From the NCBI GenBank assembly GCA_051362555.1, contig CM120640.1, positions 7,936,001-8,000,000 on the forward strand: a stretch of DNA of 64,000 nt, given 5' to 3'. Below the pieces are notes generated by a model. It was not told the DNA's origin, searched no databases, and saw only the letters and a program-made list of their open reading frames with translations. This DNA comes from Lingula anatina (lineage: Eukaryota > Animalia > Brachiopoda). The position numbers were made by a program, and so were the translations under genes. Below are positions 15,050 through 29,163 of the stretch, piece by piece; within the stretch, counting starts at the first letter, position 1; each line of letters starts with the position of its first letter.

Positions 15050-16003
15050 ATGGTAAGGATGCTGAAACATAGTCGTCAACAGATGACACTCCAATCTACA
15101 ACCGTTTCAAGTCCACCTAAACCCCCGTCGTGGCGGGACTTTACCGTTGCCATGAAAACACGGTCATCAATAGAATCCCAGCCAAAATTACCCAAGGGGA
15201 GCAAATCCTTGGAATTTACTGATTTGTCAAAAATCCAAACGCAAGTTTTATACAAGCAAGTCTGCTCAAGTTGCGAGGAGAAAAAAGGAGTGAATAATGT
15301 TAACAACAAATTTAAAAGATCGAGAGCCAAATTTCATAGGACACAAAGTGAAAAATGTATCTCCGTGGAAGATATTCCACGAGAATGTTTAGCAATTAAT
15401 CTGGCCGACACAAAACCACAGGACATAGGACTGCGCCAAAAGAATTATTCGGACGAGAGGTTGTATCTTGTTGATAATACCCTCCGTTGTAGGAAATGGT
15501 TGGCAGGAATAGAACCAATTGACCCTACACCGGATGTATTCTTTAGCCGGGGACCGAACGAAGCTGTTGAAATGCCAGGAGAAACATGGCAGGACATAGC
15601 AACAGACAGCGTGCAGGGTTCTCAAAATGACACTTTTGGACAGACAAATGCTGAACTTAAAAACGTTGCGACTAAATCGGTTTCTTTTAGCGAAGCCGAT
15701 TGTTTGTCCCAGTCGCAAAACATGCAAGGGAAAGGTGTTAAAGACGGGCTTGAAAGGGATGATAACGAAGGCACAGAAGTGGGCAGTGGAGAAATAATAG
15801 GTTGTTGTAGCAAAGTTACAGAAAACGTTGACTTTCAGTTATCACATGTTGAAAACAACTGCACAAATAGCCCGAATCTTTTGTCAGCCACGTTATCAAA
15901 ACAAGGCCAACTTATCTCTAGTTTTCACGAAGAAGGTTCCTCTTCACATTCTCTCTGTGCAGTTGAAACACCAGTCACAGACTATTTGAACAAGTGCCCT
16001 TGA
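15050..16003 (+). CDS. Uncharacterised 317-aa largely disordered protein with a PRR18-like motif, single coding exon
   Basis: 954-nt uninterrupted ORF, by far the longest in the window, preceded by a strong acceptor (ttttatcttttttcAG, 14896-14897). DNTLRCRKWLAGIE resembles the PRR18 motif DEGLVRKCTEWLRGVE. Confidence 0.75.
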   Translation: MVRMLKHSRQQMTLQSTTVSSPPKPPSWRDFTVAMKTRSSIESQPKLPKGSKSLEFTDLSKIQTQVLYKQVCSSCEEKKGVNNVNNKFKRSRAKFHRTQSEKCISVEDIPRECLAINLADTKPQDIGLRQKNYSDERLYLVDNTLRCRKWLAGIEPIDPTPDVFFSRGPNEAVEMPGETWQDIATDSVQGSQNDTFGQTNAELKNVATKSVSFSEADCLSQSQNMQGKGVKDGLERDDNEGTEVGSGEIIGCCSKVTENVDFQLSHVENNCTNSPNLLSATLSKQGQLISSFHEEGSSSHSLCAVETPVTDYLNKCP

Positions 16004-18340
16004 CACATGCAGAGCATACTGGATTGTTTGTGCTGGAATTATATTTGTGTATAGAGGGGCTCTTAGGCCGTCTCAGATTGTCAGATTTCATCTTGAAATC
16101 TCCACCTCTGTATATTTATGAAAATGAACTGAAAAATTGCTTGGAGGGTGGGATTGGAAAATTCCGTACGTCTTAGGTGTTATCAGCCAGAAAATATCCG
16201 TCTGAGAATAAAATTGTTTCTTTCCTTTTTTATTCCAGACCACCAATGCTCTTACTTATTAAGAAGAAGATGGTCAAAACTTGGACCCATTCAATGCACA
16301 AGCAACTCGGAATTTTCCTTTAAACCTCGCCATGAGGCTTTCGGGTAAACATTGCCTTTTGTTTGCCATAAAGTTTGATGACCTCACATGACTGTGATCA
16401 GTCTTGAATCTACGGGACTGTTCGCAATGCATTTTGTCGACCTAGCTAATGCGCACTTACTCCTCAGGGACTCTTGCTGCATGCAATCTTATGAACAGAA
16501 TTTCCAATGTACTTGTATATCCACCAGATTTTCTATATTATACTCAACGCCAGAGGGAGGCGTGTTTGTCGACACAATCATTGTGAACTGTCCGTACCAG
16601 AACAATTTGGATCATCCGAGATACCCCAAATTCTCTCGACTTAACGCAAAAGAAAGGAAAAGAGTAGGGTCAGAAATAATGACAGAATATGTTTGTGGTG
16701 CGTCAACGTATAAAACGGAATTTACGTGGTATCTGCGAATAATTTTCTTATTGTTTTCCCTCAGTTTCTGTCTACAATTTATTTTCTTTATTTTTTAACA
16801 GTTAATGTACGACAGTGGTAATTCACCATGTTTTGAACGTCACTTTAATATTGCTTTTTCTAAGGCGACATACCCGACAATCACCTTCGCGTAAAAAATT
16901 AGCCCCACCTCACGCCGATTCTCGCACGTTTTTTGGTCTCAAATAATGTCAGCCGAAAGTGATTAAAGTTATCTGGGATGATCCCCATTATATGTATTCG
17001 ATCGCAACTTCTGGCAGTAGCTGGAATAGCAATACCGCAGTACTGGATTTGCCCCATGCACGTGCTCACTGTTCAACAATAAGTCATTTAATAATGTTTT
17101 AGAATATTAGTGATAGTCACGTCTAACATACAGAAAATGATGACACATCCGCTGTAGAAAATTTACTCCATAAAAATACATTCCGTGTTAACAGACATTT
17201 AGTATGACCAAAAGGTTGTATGAAACTCCTTGGTATGAGGAAATCATATTGAAACTGCAGTAATTTGAAAAATCGATGAGTAAACGTGAAATAAAGAAAT
17301 GAAACATCATTTAAATAAAAATATCGTACACCCCAGATTTACACTTGTCCAGAATAAAGGCCCAGAAGCATACCAAGGTTTCAACTTTAGACAGATAGTT
17401 ACCATTCAGAATAGAAGACGCAGCATCCGCAAGGCCAAAATCGATCCATGAAAATTACTGCAAATATATTTAAAAGGAGAATCGGACCAAACCCAATTTC
17501 GAAATTGACAGGAACGTAACGACAATTCCCAATTCCAGTGGGTTTTAGCAAAACGTTTACAATCGCTTCCCAGTCATTGCGGTAACAGGGGTGTCGCTCC
17601 GGCGACATGGACAGCCTCGGGTAACCTTCATGATAGAAAAGTCTGTACATAAAAAACAATTACGTATCAAACGCCCGCTGTCTTATATTGACAACCTTGC
17701 ACATAAAACAATATTTCCATTTATATGTTGGGTTCTAGTTCAAAAAAAAAAATGTAAGACTCATCTCAATGCCTGCGGCTTCATCAACAACGAACACTGC
17801 ATGAATCCATTATTTTATATATCTTCCATTAAGATTCTTCATCAACAATAGGCTATTCATTCGGTAAATTTAAGTGAAATAAATAACAGTCATCCTTTGT
17901 CCAAGTGTGTTAGTATCTGATATGCTTTATTTTCAAGGTTCAGCAGAGAACATTTTGGAATAACATTTGAAATAAAGGTTCACATCAAATATTTGTTGAA
18001 AAAATGCAGCATTATATGCTTTTCAATCTATGGTCATATCACACACGAGCAGTCTGTACTTGCTACTTGTACTTTTCCCTGCTTTGTAGACTTCATTCTA
18101 CTGAGTAATGTTATGTTATAATATCTAATGGTTGTTAAATAATGGTAATATTAATAATATATATAAGTGAATATCAAATATAGAAGTGATTCCTCATTTT
18201 ATTTGGCCCCTGATCCTAAGTGTATTCTTATAACATAAACTGGCTTAAATAATTATATTCACAATCACAACCTAGAAGAGTCAATGGTGTCCAGAAACAC
18301 ACTGTTCTTGTTCTTAAAGGGACCATTCCCACAGATATTT

Positions 18341-18534
18341 GGATCGATCTATCTCCCTGGGGAGTCTCACTAAATTGCTATCAAACTAACCGGCTTAAAC
18401 ATCTGTCACGCCTAGTAAAACTGTTAGGGGGTAATTATCTTTACCCCTAGCTGATTTGGTAGGTGTGACAGACATTTAAGCCTCTTTGAGCTGATGGCAA
18501 TTTAGCATGAACCCCCAGGGAGTTAGGACGATCC
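18341..18534. repeat. Long imperfect inverted repeat (foldback), arms about 95 bp
   Basis: Left arm ggatcgatctatctccctgggg...ctaaattgctatca...ggcttaaacatctgtcacgccta...tagggggtaa aligns with the reverse complement of the right arm ggatcgtcctaactccctggggg...ctaaattgccatca...ggcttaaatgtctgtcacaccta...taggggtaaa. Confidence 0.85.
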
Positions 18535-20123
18535 AGATGGATCAGGAACCCAGTGAAAGACATTTTGATGTATATAACAAGAACAAAGGAATGGCAGAAC
18601 AAAGGAATGGCAATATGCTAAGATTCAACAATTTATAAAGGTTTTACCTTTACAAAATAAACAAGTAATGCAATATGGCAAACTTTTTGCTCAAGATTCA
18701 GTACTAACAGATTTGTTTAAGTTCACAAGATACTCTAAAATAAAACCTTCCATGATAACAACAAAAAAAATAGTAACACTAATAATTAGTCATACAACAA
18801 ACTACATGTAGACTAAGAACTGCATTTCAATGTACCAAAATGACAAAAGAAACAGAGATATTCATATATTTGCAAATTTCCAAGTATCACAAGGGCAATA
18901 TCCTGAAGTTAACAATAAGCAACGGTCTTGCTTGAAATCATAAACCATCCCTCTAAGCTGAGAATGAAAAACAGCTGTGTCAGTTTACCAGACCTTAAAA
19001 TTAAGCTACAGAAATAGGTCACAAATATATATGATTGGCCCATAACACATAATTAATAAGTTTTCTCTTTGTTTTCACATTGTGTATAAGTGCAACTTTT
19101 GAGAAGGGCTTCTGATTGCATCTCTTTTAAAGAATGTCAATTGTCTTTGAGCTATAAGCACAGGGATCCAAAGAAGAAATGTAATCATAAAAGCCTACAG
19201 AAAGTCCATAATGATTCCTAAGTTCAGTTAAATGTCTAATAGTACTTTGAATGGAATGATAACTAGGAACCACTACACAACCAATTCTTTGAAACTTACA
19301 GCAGTTATCCACAATTTCTGCAGTCAAAATCTGGAGCATCATCCATCAACATTTGTCTGTATTTTGCATAATTATCCATCTTTTTTAAACTCTATTTTTC
19401 CTTATTCCACATACAGAAAGCAAACTAGAAAATATTCAAGCATTATGAAATATCTAAAAATACAATAACTAGTACATCTAACAATAATATATAACAATCC
19501 ATTAAAATAACAGGGAATATTTACACTTCATAAAATAGCTAAATACTCCAATATATGTATAAAACTTGGTTACTAAAATGCTAGAGATAAAATGTACAAC
19601 ACATGAATCTGTGCATAAAGTACTGTACCAAAATTAGAGTTGAAGTAACATCTGTTAACCTATGGCAAACACACACGCACACAGTTTTCCAATTATTTAA
19701 TTCAATTATTCATTTATTTAAATGTTAAACCTGGTAATTGATGTTATAGTGATCACAGTTGTCAGTAACCTAATGTGTATGCAAAAACCAAAATGTTGCA
19801 TTTTCATTTTTTTTAATGTGCAGGTGTCATAAATGGAGCTGGTGACTTTGTACAATTATCATATAGATCTTTAGAAAAAAGACCAGAAAACATACGCTAG
19901 AAGTTAAGAACTTCAGCAATGAATGTGTGTGCATTTGTGTGCCTGCATGCTTGTCAAATACATCCATCTTCTTAAATGCCTCATATATCAAACCTGCTCA
20001 TTCAAATAACACTTTTAAAAGTGCATCTTTGTAGTTGGAATATATCTCAAACCACAATGATGCGACTTCTGAAATCTTATTAACATACTCCCGAGATAAA
20101 AGCCACCTCCCTGTCACTGTAAC

Positions 20124-21023
20124 CTACACACCATGAGCTCTCACACCATGACAGAAGCAGCAGTATATTACAACACCTAAAATGGCAACCAGGGCTACTG
20201 CTCCAATCGCAATACCAATGATGGCACCAATTGAAATAGTGAACTGTTGAACTGAAATAAAATTTGCAAGAAAAAAATTAGTTATTCCATTGATTCATTT
20301 ATACTTCTCTACAGCCTCTACAACTAATTCCCCAGTTAATACTTGATTTTGTTTACTAGTAATCATGGAGTAATATAATTAACCAACAACAAAACTGTGT
20401 AAATTATTATATGTACCACAAAAGCTGTGATATGGACAGGCAACCTTTAACATAAGGCAGTGTCAAAATAATACAAATTTTGGGCTCTGATGCCCAGCCC
20501 CAAAGTTTTACTGTAAATTCAGGCCTAAAATTATTGAAATAAATACTGAAAAAAATAGCCCAAGCTGAACTTGAATGGTATTTTATTGCTATGAATTATT
20601 TTAGTTAAACTGAGAATAATAAGTATTATGTTTTGTGGCATTTAAGGCAATGACAATACTAATGGCAATGACAGAGGAAAGTGATGGTTGTATCTCTCAT
20701 CACAGATGTCTGTCCATCATTATTCAGAAAAGAGTAAATAATTAATTTTAAAAAAGGCTTAGTGATCACTCAAATCTGTCTGTTATTATTTTGATTATTA
20801 ACTTATGAGCCATTTGCAGACCAATCATAACATGGTGCTTACCTTCCAGTGACCGAACACTAATTTTGAAGTCATAGTTGATGCGATAGTCAGTTTCTCT
20901 TTCAAGAACAAACAAAACATACTCATGTATGTTCTGGTATGACTGTGCCGTTACAGATGAACCAGGGTTGAACACTTTCTAAAATAATGAGTAAAATATA
21001 GAAGATTAGCTAGATAAGACCCC

Positions 21024-21112
<89 letters not shown>

Positions 21113-22038
21113 AAAATTACTGTACCTAAAATATATCAGCTTGAACCACAAATTATAAGTTAACTCAATCAAAGTATTTTTTTTTAACACAAAGGAGTTG
21201 AGGATATGACACTGACATCCCTTCAAATAATCTTTATAAAAATATCATATATAAACTTATAAAAAATTACACAATCATATCTGTTTATATGTGATCAGGG
21301 AGGAGCTCACCCATGCATTGTTTGGACCTTCACTTCCAGTCCTGATTGTCAATTTAGCTCCAGAATCCTGAGGGATGTACAAATTTTCTACAGAGATAAT
21401 AAAACCACCTTGGGAGGACCTAAAGCCAATCTCACACATTCCCCCCAGTGACACTGGACGGTTATCACTATCTCTCCAAGCATTAACGAACACTGAATCT
21501 TCCTTGTAGACATCTCTTGCCTGTCTTTGACACTGGCCACTTCCAGAATCACTGTCCATATAATCTTAAAGACAAAGGTATACGAGTCTGACTGACTGAT
21601 GTGAAGAACAAAGGCTGGGTCTATGGTGGCTCACAGATTGAGACCACATATAAGGTATGAACGTAACTTCTAGTATTTTTAAATAGTCTTTCGAATGGTT
21701 TTCATTGATCACTATGGATATAAAACCAATGATCATTTGCCATCATTCAATTTGGTTGACATTTGCAATTACTAAGTAACTGGATGAAGTGCACCCCGAA
21801 CTGTACAGAATGTACTGCCAAATTTGAACTTGCAACTCTCTGAAAAGATATTTTTGATTAAACCATTAAATCTAAATTTACACACAAAAATAATTGTTCA
21901 GCCAGCTCCCTGTACTTGGATTTGATGTTCTTTTATCAGTTCTTGTTATTATGAATGCTACTTACAGTTGGTAACAGCAAAGCCATGAGGAAGGATGTCA
22001 CAGAGGAAAAACACTAGTAGAAAATTCTTCAGTTCCAT
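20124..22038 (-). CDS. Type I single-pass membrane protein, 196 aa, with a divergent CUB-like ectodomain, 4 coding exons
   Basis: Exons 22038-21966, 21564-21311, 20978-20843, 20251-20124 (591 nt, phases 1,0,1). Signal peptide MELKNFLLVFFLCDILPHGFA, beta-rich ectodomain (YYMD...C...CEIGF...FIISVENLYI...KLTI...YDFKISV), TM ISIGAIIGIAIGAVALVAILGVVIY, tail CCFCHGVRAHGV. The CUB-like label is inferred from the pattern only. Confidence 0.82.
21026..21108. repeat. (CA)n microsatellite, intronic
   Basis: Perfect AC run. Confidence 0.95.
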
Positions 22039-25000
22039 AGTCCCAAATAAACTAAAAACAAGTTATTATATATAAAGCAGTCAGACTGGAACATGGATTT
22101 ATAGTATATACAGTGCAGTGTTCTGCAGATTAAGTACATGAATTCCTCAACAGATAACATTTGGTCAGGTCTGCAATAATAAGTCATATGAGCAGATAAT
22201 TTTCTTAAATGTCTTAGCTTCATTGCATCTTAAACACTAGCAACATTATCTGACCTACCAACTGAAACCTGTTGGCAGATAACACTACGTACGATTTTAA
22301 TTAGCGTGAGACATGAAACTGCTATATCAGTCAACTCAACCAAGATTGCAGTGCACTGTGGAATGCAATAAAGTTTTATAATAAATAAATATATAAAACG
22401 CAATCTGGACCCTTAACCTACTTTCATATCGACTTACAGTTTTACTGAAATATCATCGTCACATAAAATGCATGGCTTATCATAAAACACCACAATCTAA
22501 TCAAAGTGGTTTCCTCTATCAACATTCCGATTATCTCAATTAGGTGTCGAAAGATCAACTCAGGTTTTATCTGTGAAATGACCGCACCGACATCTGCAAA
22601 ATATCCACTTTTTGTGATTCTAAAAAACAAAGAACTAAACAAAAGAAATATATAAGGAATCAACAAAATTACACCACCAATTTTACTGTAGAAAGTGTTG
22701 TAAACTTACTTTATAACCCTAATTTTCATACAGCTATTTCCGTTTCTTGGGTGTGGCAAAGGGAATCACATCGCATGCAGTAGACAGTATTACTGGTTAT
22801 GACAAACATTCTTGAAAGGCTAAGTTGCTTCCGTTAAATGTTGGTAGCCGAGTTTTCTTACCGTGCCATCTCCTCTACAAAAACAATTTTAAAACCAGGA
22901 TTTCAACATTTACAAAAAGGAAAAAGTTAATACACCCAATATGAAAAAAATAATGCATAGGAGTAGGAGGGAGGTGGGAACTAAGCCCATGTCACTGGTA
23001 TTTCTACAGGTTTATGCATTGTTTCATTATTTTATGTTCTTTCTCATACACTCAAGCTAAGATCCAACATAAGACTCAAGCAATCCTTTACAATCCATTA
23101 TAATTTCAAATTCAGTGGAACATCGCTCATTTTAAATCTAAATGTATTTTTATTATAAAATTAAAGTATGTTGATAACATAAAATGTATATATAGGCCCC
23201 TACATTAGGCTACTGTCATTTTTTCTTTAATTTTTCGTCGTTCTTTCCGTTGTATCATTTCTATTTTTGTGAGTTTTGGTTTATTTAATTGTTTGTTAGA
23301 CATTTTCTTAGTAGGCCTATTACGTAAAGCTTTCATTTTTAACAGCAGTTTGGGTTTGACAGCTTATAGTGTTTTAACGCTTAAAACGCGTAGAAATTGT
23401 GCATTTTGCGGCACATAGACACTCAGGAATCCCGTTGTGAAAGAAATGAATGTCCCATTTAAGTCCTACAGGCAAAAATTATGTCTTTTATTGTCGGACA
23501 TATTTTCCCAACTGGATTAGTAAGAACTCTCGATGAACTTTGTATGAAATTATGAAATAAAAAAATTTAAAAAAATTAAAAAAAAAAAAAAAACTCATCA
23601 CAGCTTCATCGCTTGAAGAAAAAGAACCATTGACTGAGATACAGTATTTAAATCAGAGTTAGGCCTAATTAAAATCTTTCTACATCTAAATAAATACGAA
23701 AAACATCTTTATAAAATGGATTTTTGCTAGAAAATAAAATGACGATAAAAGCTTGAACTAGTTCTTTCTCTTGATGAACCAGAAATGAAAGGGGTAGCAA
23801 CTTCTCGTTTTGGCAAAAAAAAAAAAAAAAAAGATTTGCCTGGGTTAAACGACAATTTCCCCATACTTACCAATGGGTAATGAATTCATTCCAACATTCA
23901 AAGTCAGTCCAATTTTTAAAAATATTTTATCATTTGTAATAATCTCTCAAGAGATTATTACGGAGGTACATGCAGCTATGTATGAAGGTCCACGTGGTCG
24001 CATGGCAAGCATAGATTCCAGCTGTTTTAATTGGTGGTAAAACGGAATTTCTTACATTTCTGAATCTTTTACAATGTTTTTATTGTGAAACATGAATCTC
24101 ATACGTACAGTTGTAATCCCTCCAAGATTCAAGAACATTTTGAAAATATCATAGATAGATATTGGGGATTCGAACTCAGTTAATACTTCCTGAGGTTGAC
24201 ACTTCTTTCGCCAGCCTAACCCTCGACTCTGTATGAACGTTGCCGTCTGCTGACCGAAAATTACCTATATCAGCAGGGAACGCATAGTCTGCTATCTAAT
24301 AACTACTGTTGAACATGGTACATGTAAATATGAAATCTGAATACAAAACATTATAATGGAATTATCGATGGTCAAATCTTTTCTAAACAAAACTCACAAT
24401 AGTTCTTGAGGAACATCCTGTCATGATTTCACCATCAGCACATAGAACTGTCACAGTTTTCCTGTTATCAATGCCAGATTGTGCAGACCATCTACTTACA
24501 CAGCTCAGACCTCTGGGGCGGATCTAGGATTATTTGAATAGAGGAAGGAGGGGGGTCCGAGAATGCAAAGCACCCCCCCCCCCCCCGGCGTTGGTGTTTT
24601 CATAAAATAAATAAATGGAAAAAAATGTGATTCGTTCTGCATTCATTTTTCAAATGACCAGATTGATTAATTTGATTAATAAGATTTTATACAATATGAA
24701 AATGGAAATGGTCTAACAATGCTTCATGAAACTAAGAATTTACATGAAATAAATTCAAGTCTTTTAAGCAATATCATAAAGGCATGCTTATTGATTAAAA
24801 AAAAACTCTTAGTAAACGTATGAAAACACTTTATCTGTATACTGGTAAGCACTATATTTTCAAATACTTTCATTTTTGCTGAATACTTGGGCAACGGCAC
24901 CCATATTTGTCCATAAAAATTTAACAAAAGATTCCATTTGAATTCAAGGCTGTAACTTGGTCAAAAGATATTGAAATCTATTAAATCAGTACATCATCTG

Positions 25001-25381
25001 TACTTATACAAACAGAAGTTTATAAGATATGAAATTTAATTCTTTAACTGTTAAAATGTACAAAAAGTTAAAATATATAAATTAAAACATAGAAATATAT
25101 AAATTTATTTACTCTTTTAAGTTTATTATTCATTTATAAGCAAAAGGTACCAAGTTGGTTTTTAAATTTTGTTCTCACTTCAAGGATCTAAACTATACTG
25201 TTGGTTTTTCACTGTCTAGATCTGTATGTCACAATGAAGAGTTTCTCAAATCCCAATATGTTAAAAGTGCTGCGTCAACAATGGCCCTCAAATGTATTTC
25301 ATTAGTCCTCACTGGAGTGGCTTGCCCTCAGTAAAAAACCTGTGGTCTCAAGTTTCATTTTCAAGTCAGTTATAGTCTGCA

Positions 25382-28300
25382 TTATGAACTCTCCCCTGCT
25401 TTTAATTCAACATAATCTACCGCTTTTCTCTTCACAGCATCCACAGTTTCTTCACTGCCATACTTCTTTTCAAATTCAAGAAACTTTTTAAAGAAAAACT
25501 TCATCTTCTTGGCTGAGACATTCAAATTAATCACCCGTTCAAAAAGATGCCTAGAAAAAAGAAAAGTTACAATTACTTCAAAGGATATAAGTGAAAAAAG
25601 TTATCACCTATGTTTTTCGTTCACAGAGCAGATAACAATACAAACTACTTCATAATAAAGTCAAACCTCACATCTGTGCAGTGTAAATTACAGTATACTT
25701 TCATCAAACTAAAAAAAATGATAAAAATTGGTTTTACATAAAGAACAATAGAACTCTCACCTTACAGGCTCCAGTTCTCCCACCTTTATCATCATATCAA
25801 TGTACACAGACCAGAGATCAGTGCGTTTTGGGTAGTTACTGAGGATGTTCTCAAACATGGTCTTGCCGCGCTCTGCCTCACCATGTTGGAACTCCATCTG
25901 AGCAAATTTGGCAATCAGCTCAATGTCTAAATAGAAACCATTTTAACTTATGTTAAAACCAAACTGTTTATGCTTAAAATGAGTGTCTAATTATAATGTA
26001 TAGTTAACCTAGCAAGATAAACATGCTAAAAAAGGTCAATCATCATACTGTTTCCTCTGTTATCTGAAAGCATTGTATCATTTACATATATGATCATTTA
26101 TAGACATTTATATATGTGAAAATATGAAATGAGTAAAAAAAAAAGAATATTACTGCTACTCACAATTTAAAGATCATTCATGTCTAATAATCATCACTTT
26201 GATTTTTTAACATTCCTGAAACTGACACTTACGATCTTTCTTCTCCAGACTCTTCAAGCTCCTCTGGAGCAGCTTCCTGGCAGACTCAGCTCTATTCTGT
26301 CTAAAATAAAATGTCCCAAAGCTTATCCAAGTATCCTTCCTCAAGCTGAACCGCTTCACTAGCTTGTTATAAAGCTGTTCTGCCAGCTGAAAAATAAGAA
26401 TGAGCTGCATTACATGCAAATCACACACACACACACAAATTAATATAAATAATAAAATTAAATAATAACATGCTTGAAAGATCAATTTCATACCTTTTGA
26501 AGTTTACCTATGTTTTGCTCAATAGCCAACAGTTTATTATATAATGATTTGCTTTCATTTCTCATTAAAATACCTTGAGCTATAATGAAATTATCCCATA
26601 ACATGATTTTTTTAACCCAATTAGGATATCTTTAAAATATAAATATTTTCAAAAGATCAAAAATGCACTTCAGTTTTTCTGCTTTAATCATTAATAGAAA
26701 CTCACAAAACTAATAACTATATTTCAAGAATCTATGCTATGCAGGAGAAAAATACAGGAACACATTTATTAAATGCATTCCTTAATTTGTTTACTAGGTG
26801 CATGTTGTATTATACACACCTCATGTTTCTCAGATCTCACATATATATCAATCAGCTTCTGGTAGACCTTGAAAGGCTCTGCTTGCTGGAGGGCCCTTTC
26901 AAATACCTGGTTCAACTGCTCTGGGCTGCCGTACATGTTCTCTAGATTCATATATGCTACCCATACATTAAGCTTTTCTTGTTCTTCCCTAAAACAAATG
27001 CTTGGAACTAAATTTGTGATAAAAACTGCAAAATGAATTTCACATAATTTTCAGTAATAAAAATAAGAGGATTAATCTTTTTCAAAACAATATACCTGAA
27101 GCTGATGGTTTTCAAAGCACGTTCTGCAACTGCTCTAGCCTTGTCGATCTCTGTTGTCTTCAACAGAAAAGCCATGTATGCCAGCCACACAACAGAACTG
27201 TCAGAGGACTGAAGTACCAGACGGTCATACTCTTCTATTGACTGTGGCTCCATCTGCTGGCCTAGCATACGTTCCTCACGCTGAAATTTAGAAGAAAATG
27301 ATAATGTATGGACAGGCAATCTTCATTTTTGCGGTATATATAATCAATCAAATGTGATTGGATCACCATGAGAAATTGTGTTATGATGCACTCAAAAAAC
27401 ATATTTTGTAAAAAATTTCACCATAAACACTGAGAAGACAACCATTTTGAAGTTGTCATGTTAGGTACATAATAAGCAACTAAAATGAAACAAACCTCGA
27501 TAAGTTTCTTTTCTTCTTGTTTTTGTTCTTCAATCTTCTGCTTTTTAGTTTTCTTTGGTTTAGCCTTGAACAAGCAACAAAACAATTAACAGAGTATTGA
27601 AATTTTTAAATGTCAACTTTTTTTTTTAGAAATTATGCAAAATTATGCAAAACTAAGTCTTAGTTCCTGCACTTCATATGCACATATACTAAAGAAAAGT
27701 GAAAAACATACTAAACTATCCAGTCATCAAATGGGTCGTAAAGGCATTCAAATCCATTATAATACAGTGTCAGCCATCATACCTCTTCTTCATCATCTGA
27801 ATCCTCACTCTCATCACTCTCCTGCTTCCCAGGCAAGCTGAAGCTAGTGTCCCAGGAGAAGCTGGTAGAAAGTTTTAGCCTGGGTGTGCCACCTGCTGGT
27901 CTCTTAGTAGTTGCAGCCTGTTAAAAAAATGAGAATGTTACAAATGCAAATGGAGCAAATAAATATGAACTGGAATTTTACAAATGGTGTGATTAAGGTG
28001 TATATTGTCCAGTACAAATGTTATTATGTATTAACTGATACACTATATTAACTGACAACAGAGTGCCTAGACTACATTCAGTTACCCTGCCTGCCAGCTG
28101 CAAATTGCTGACATGTCATGACACATTTTATCTCACACAGTACAATACGTATATTCACAGTACATACCACACTTGTGAATCATAAAAATAATGATTTTTT
28201 GTACCTTAACTTCAGTATCAGAATCAGATTTATCATTTGTATCCACCCCACTGTCTTGATCCTCAGCCACTTCAGGTTTCTTCTTTTTCTTCTTAATTTC

Positions 28301-29104
28301 AGGCTCTTTGTCTGCTTTTCTTTTCACAGGTTTTGTATCCTTCATTGCTGTCTCTTTTTGACTTTCTTGTTCAGTAACTGGCTTCTTTGATTTCGTTGGT
28401 TTGCCAAGTCTTTTATTTGTCATGAGAGTCTTTGGAATACTCTCTGGGACTCCAGTGTCCTTTTCTAACAGTGACAGCTCAAGTTTATGGCTACTTGCAT
28501 CAATGCTACAAATAATAAGGTAGTATATTATAATACTCTGTCCGTCATTGTTTGTTGTCTGTTACAATTTCAAAAATTTTAATTTCTCAATTTACTTTAA
28601 GCAAATTCATAACTCATAAATTAGCAAGAACAAATATGACATAACATATGGCATACACATTGTAAAAATACACAACTACAGTGAATGTCTGAATAAGCTG
28701 GAAATTTTAATGGCTTACCTTAAAACCTTAGCAGTCACAAGTTTTCCAGGAGGATACGTTTCCTCTATATTCTTAACAAAGTAGTCTGAGAGGTTAGAAA
28801 ACTTCACTCTTCCAGATACATTCCTACCAAGGCTGAAGGACCACAAACAAAAATAATTTTTATAATATAGAAAAACATTTCAATGCAAAATGACCTATCC
28901 TAATTCATAAGATACTGAATCTTTTTCAGTGATTGCACTAGATGAAGAACTCCACCCCTCCTGTGATAATTTTTTCAAATGTGTCTATATTACTGTCAGT
29001 AGAAATGTTTGTAATAATTTAAATAAGAAATCCCACATACAAAATTTACCAGCAATACTGTTGTGCTTGCATTTAATGTGTACATGCGTGCGTGCGTGCG
29101 TGCA

Positions 29105-29163
<59 letters not shown>

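Noticed and set aside
17590-17656. GC hairpin plus a 16-nt match to the HINE terminus (GTCTGTACATAAAAAA)
   Set aside because: No partner inverted repeat, microsatellite or internal units, so element boundaries cannot be supported.
19998-20123. 41 open codons after the TAG of the CUB-like gene (possible stop readthrough)
   Set aside because: TAG-G is a poor readthrough context, the length is within chance, and the peptide has no recognisable motif.
24160-24300. tRNA-like B box (minus strand GAGTTCGAATCC at about 24166-24177)
   Set aside because: No cloverleaf or acceptor stem can be built; at most a decayed SINE fragment.
24513-24590. CTGGGGCGGATCTAGG plus G/C runs resembling a MITE end
   Set aside because: No matching opposite TIR or TSD was found; at most a fragment.
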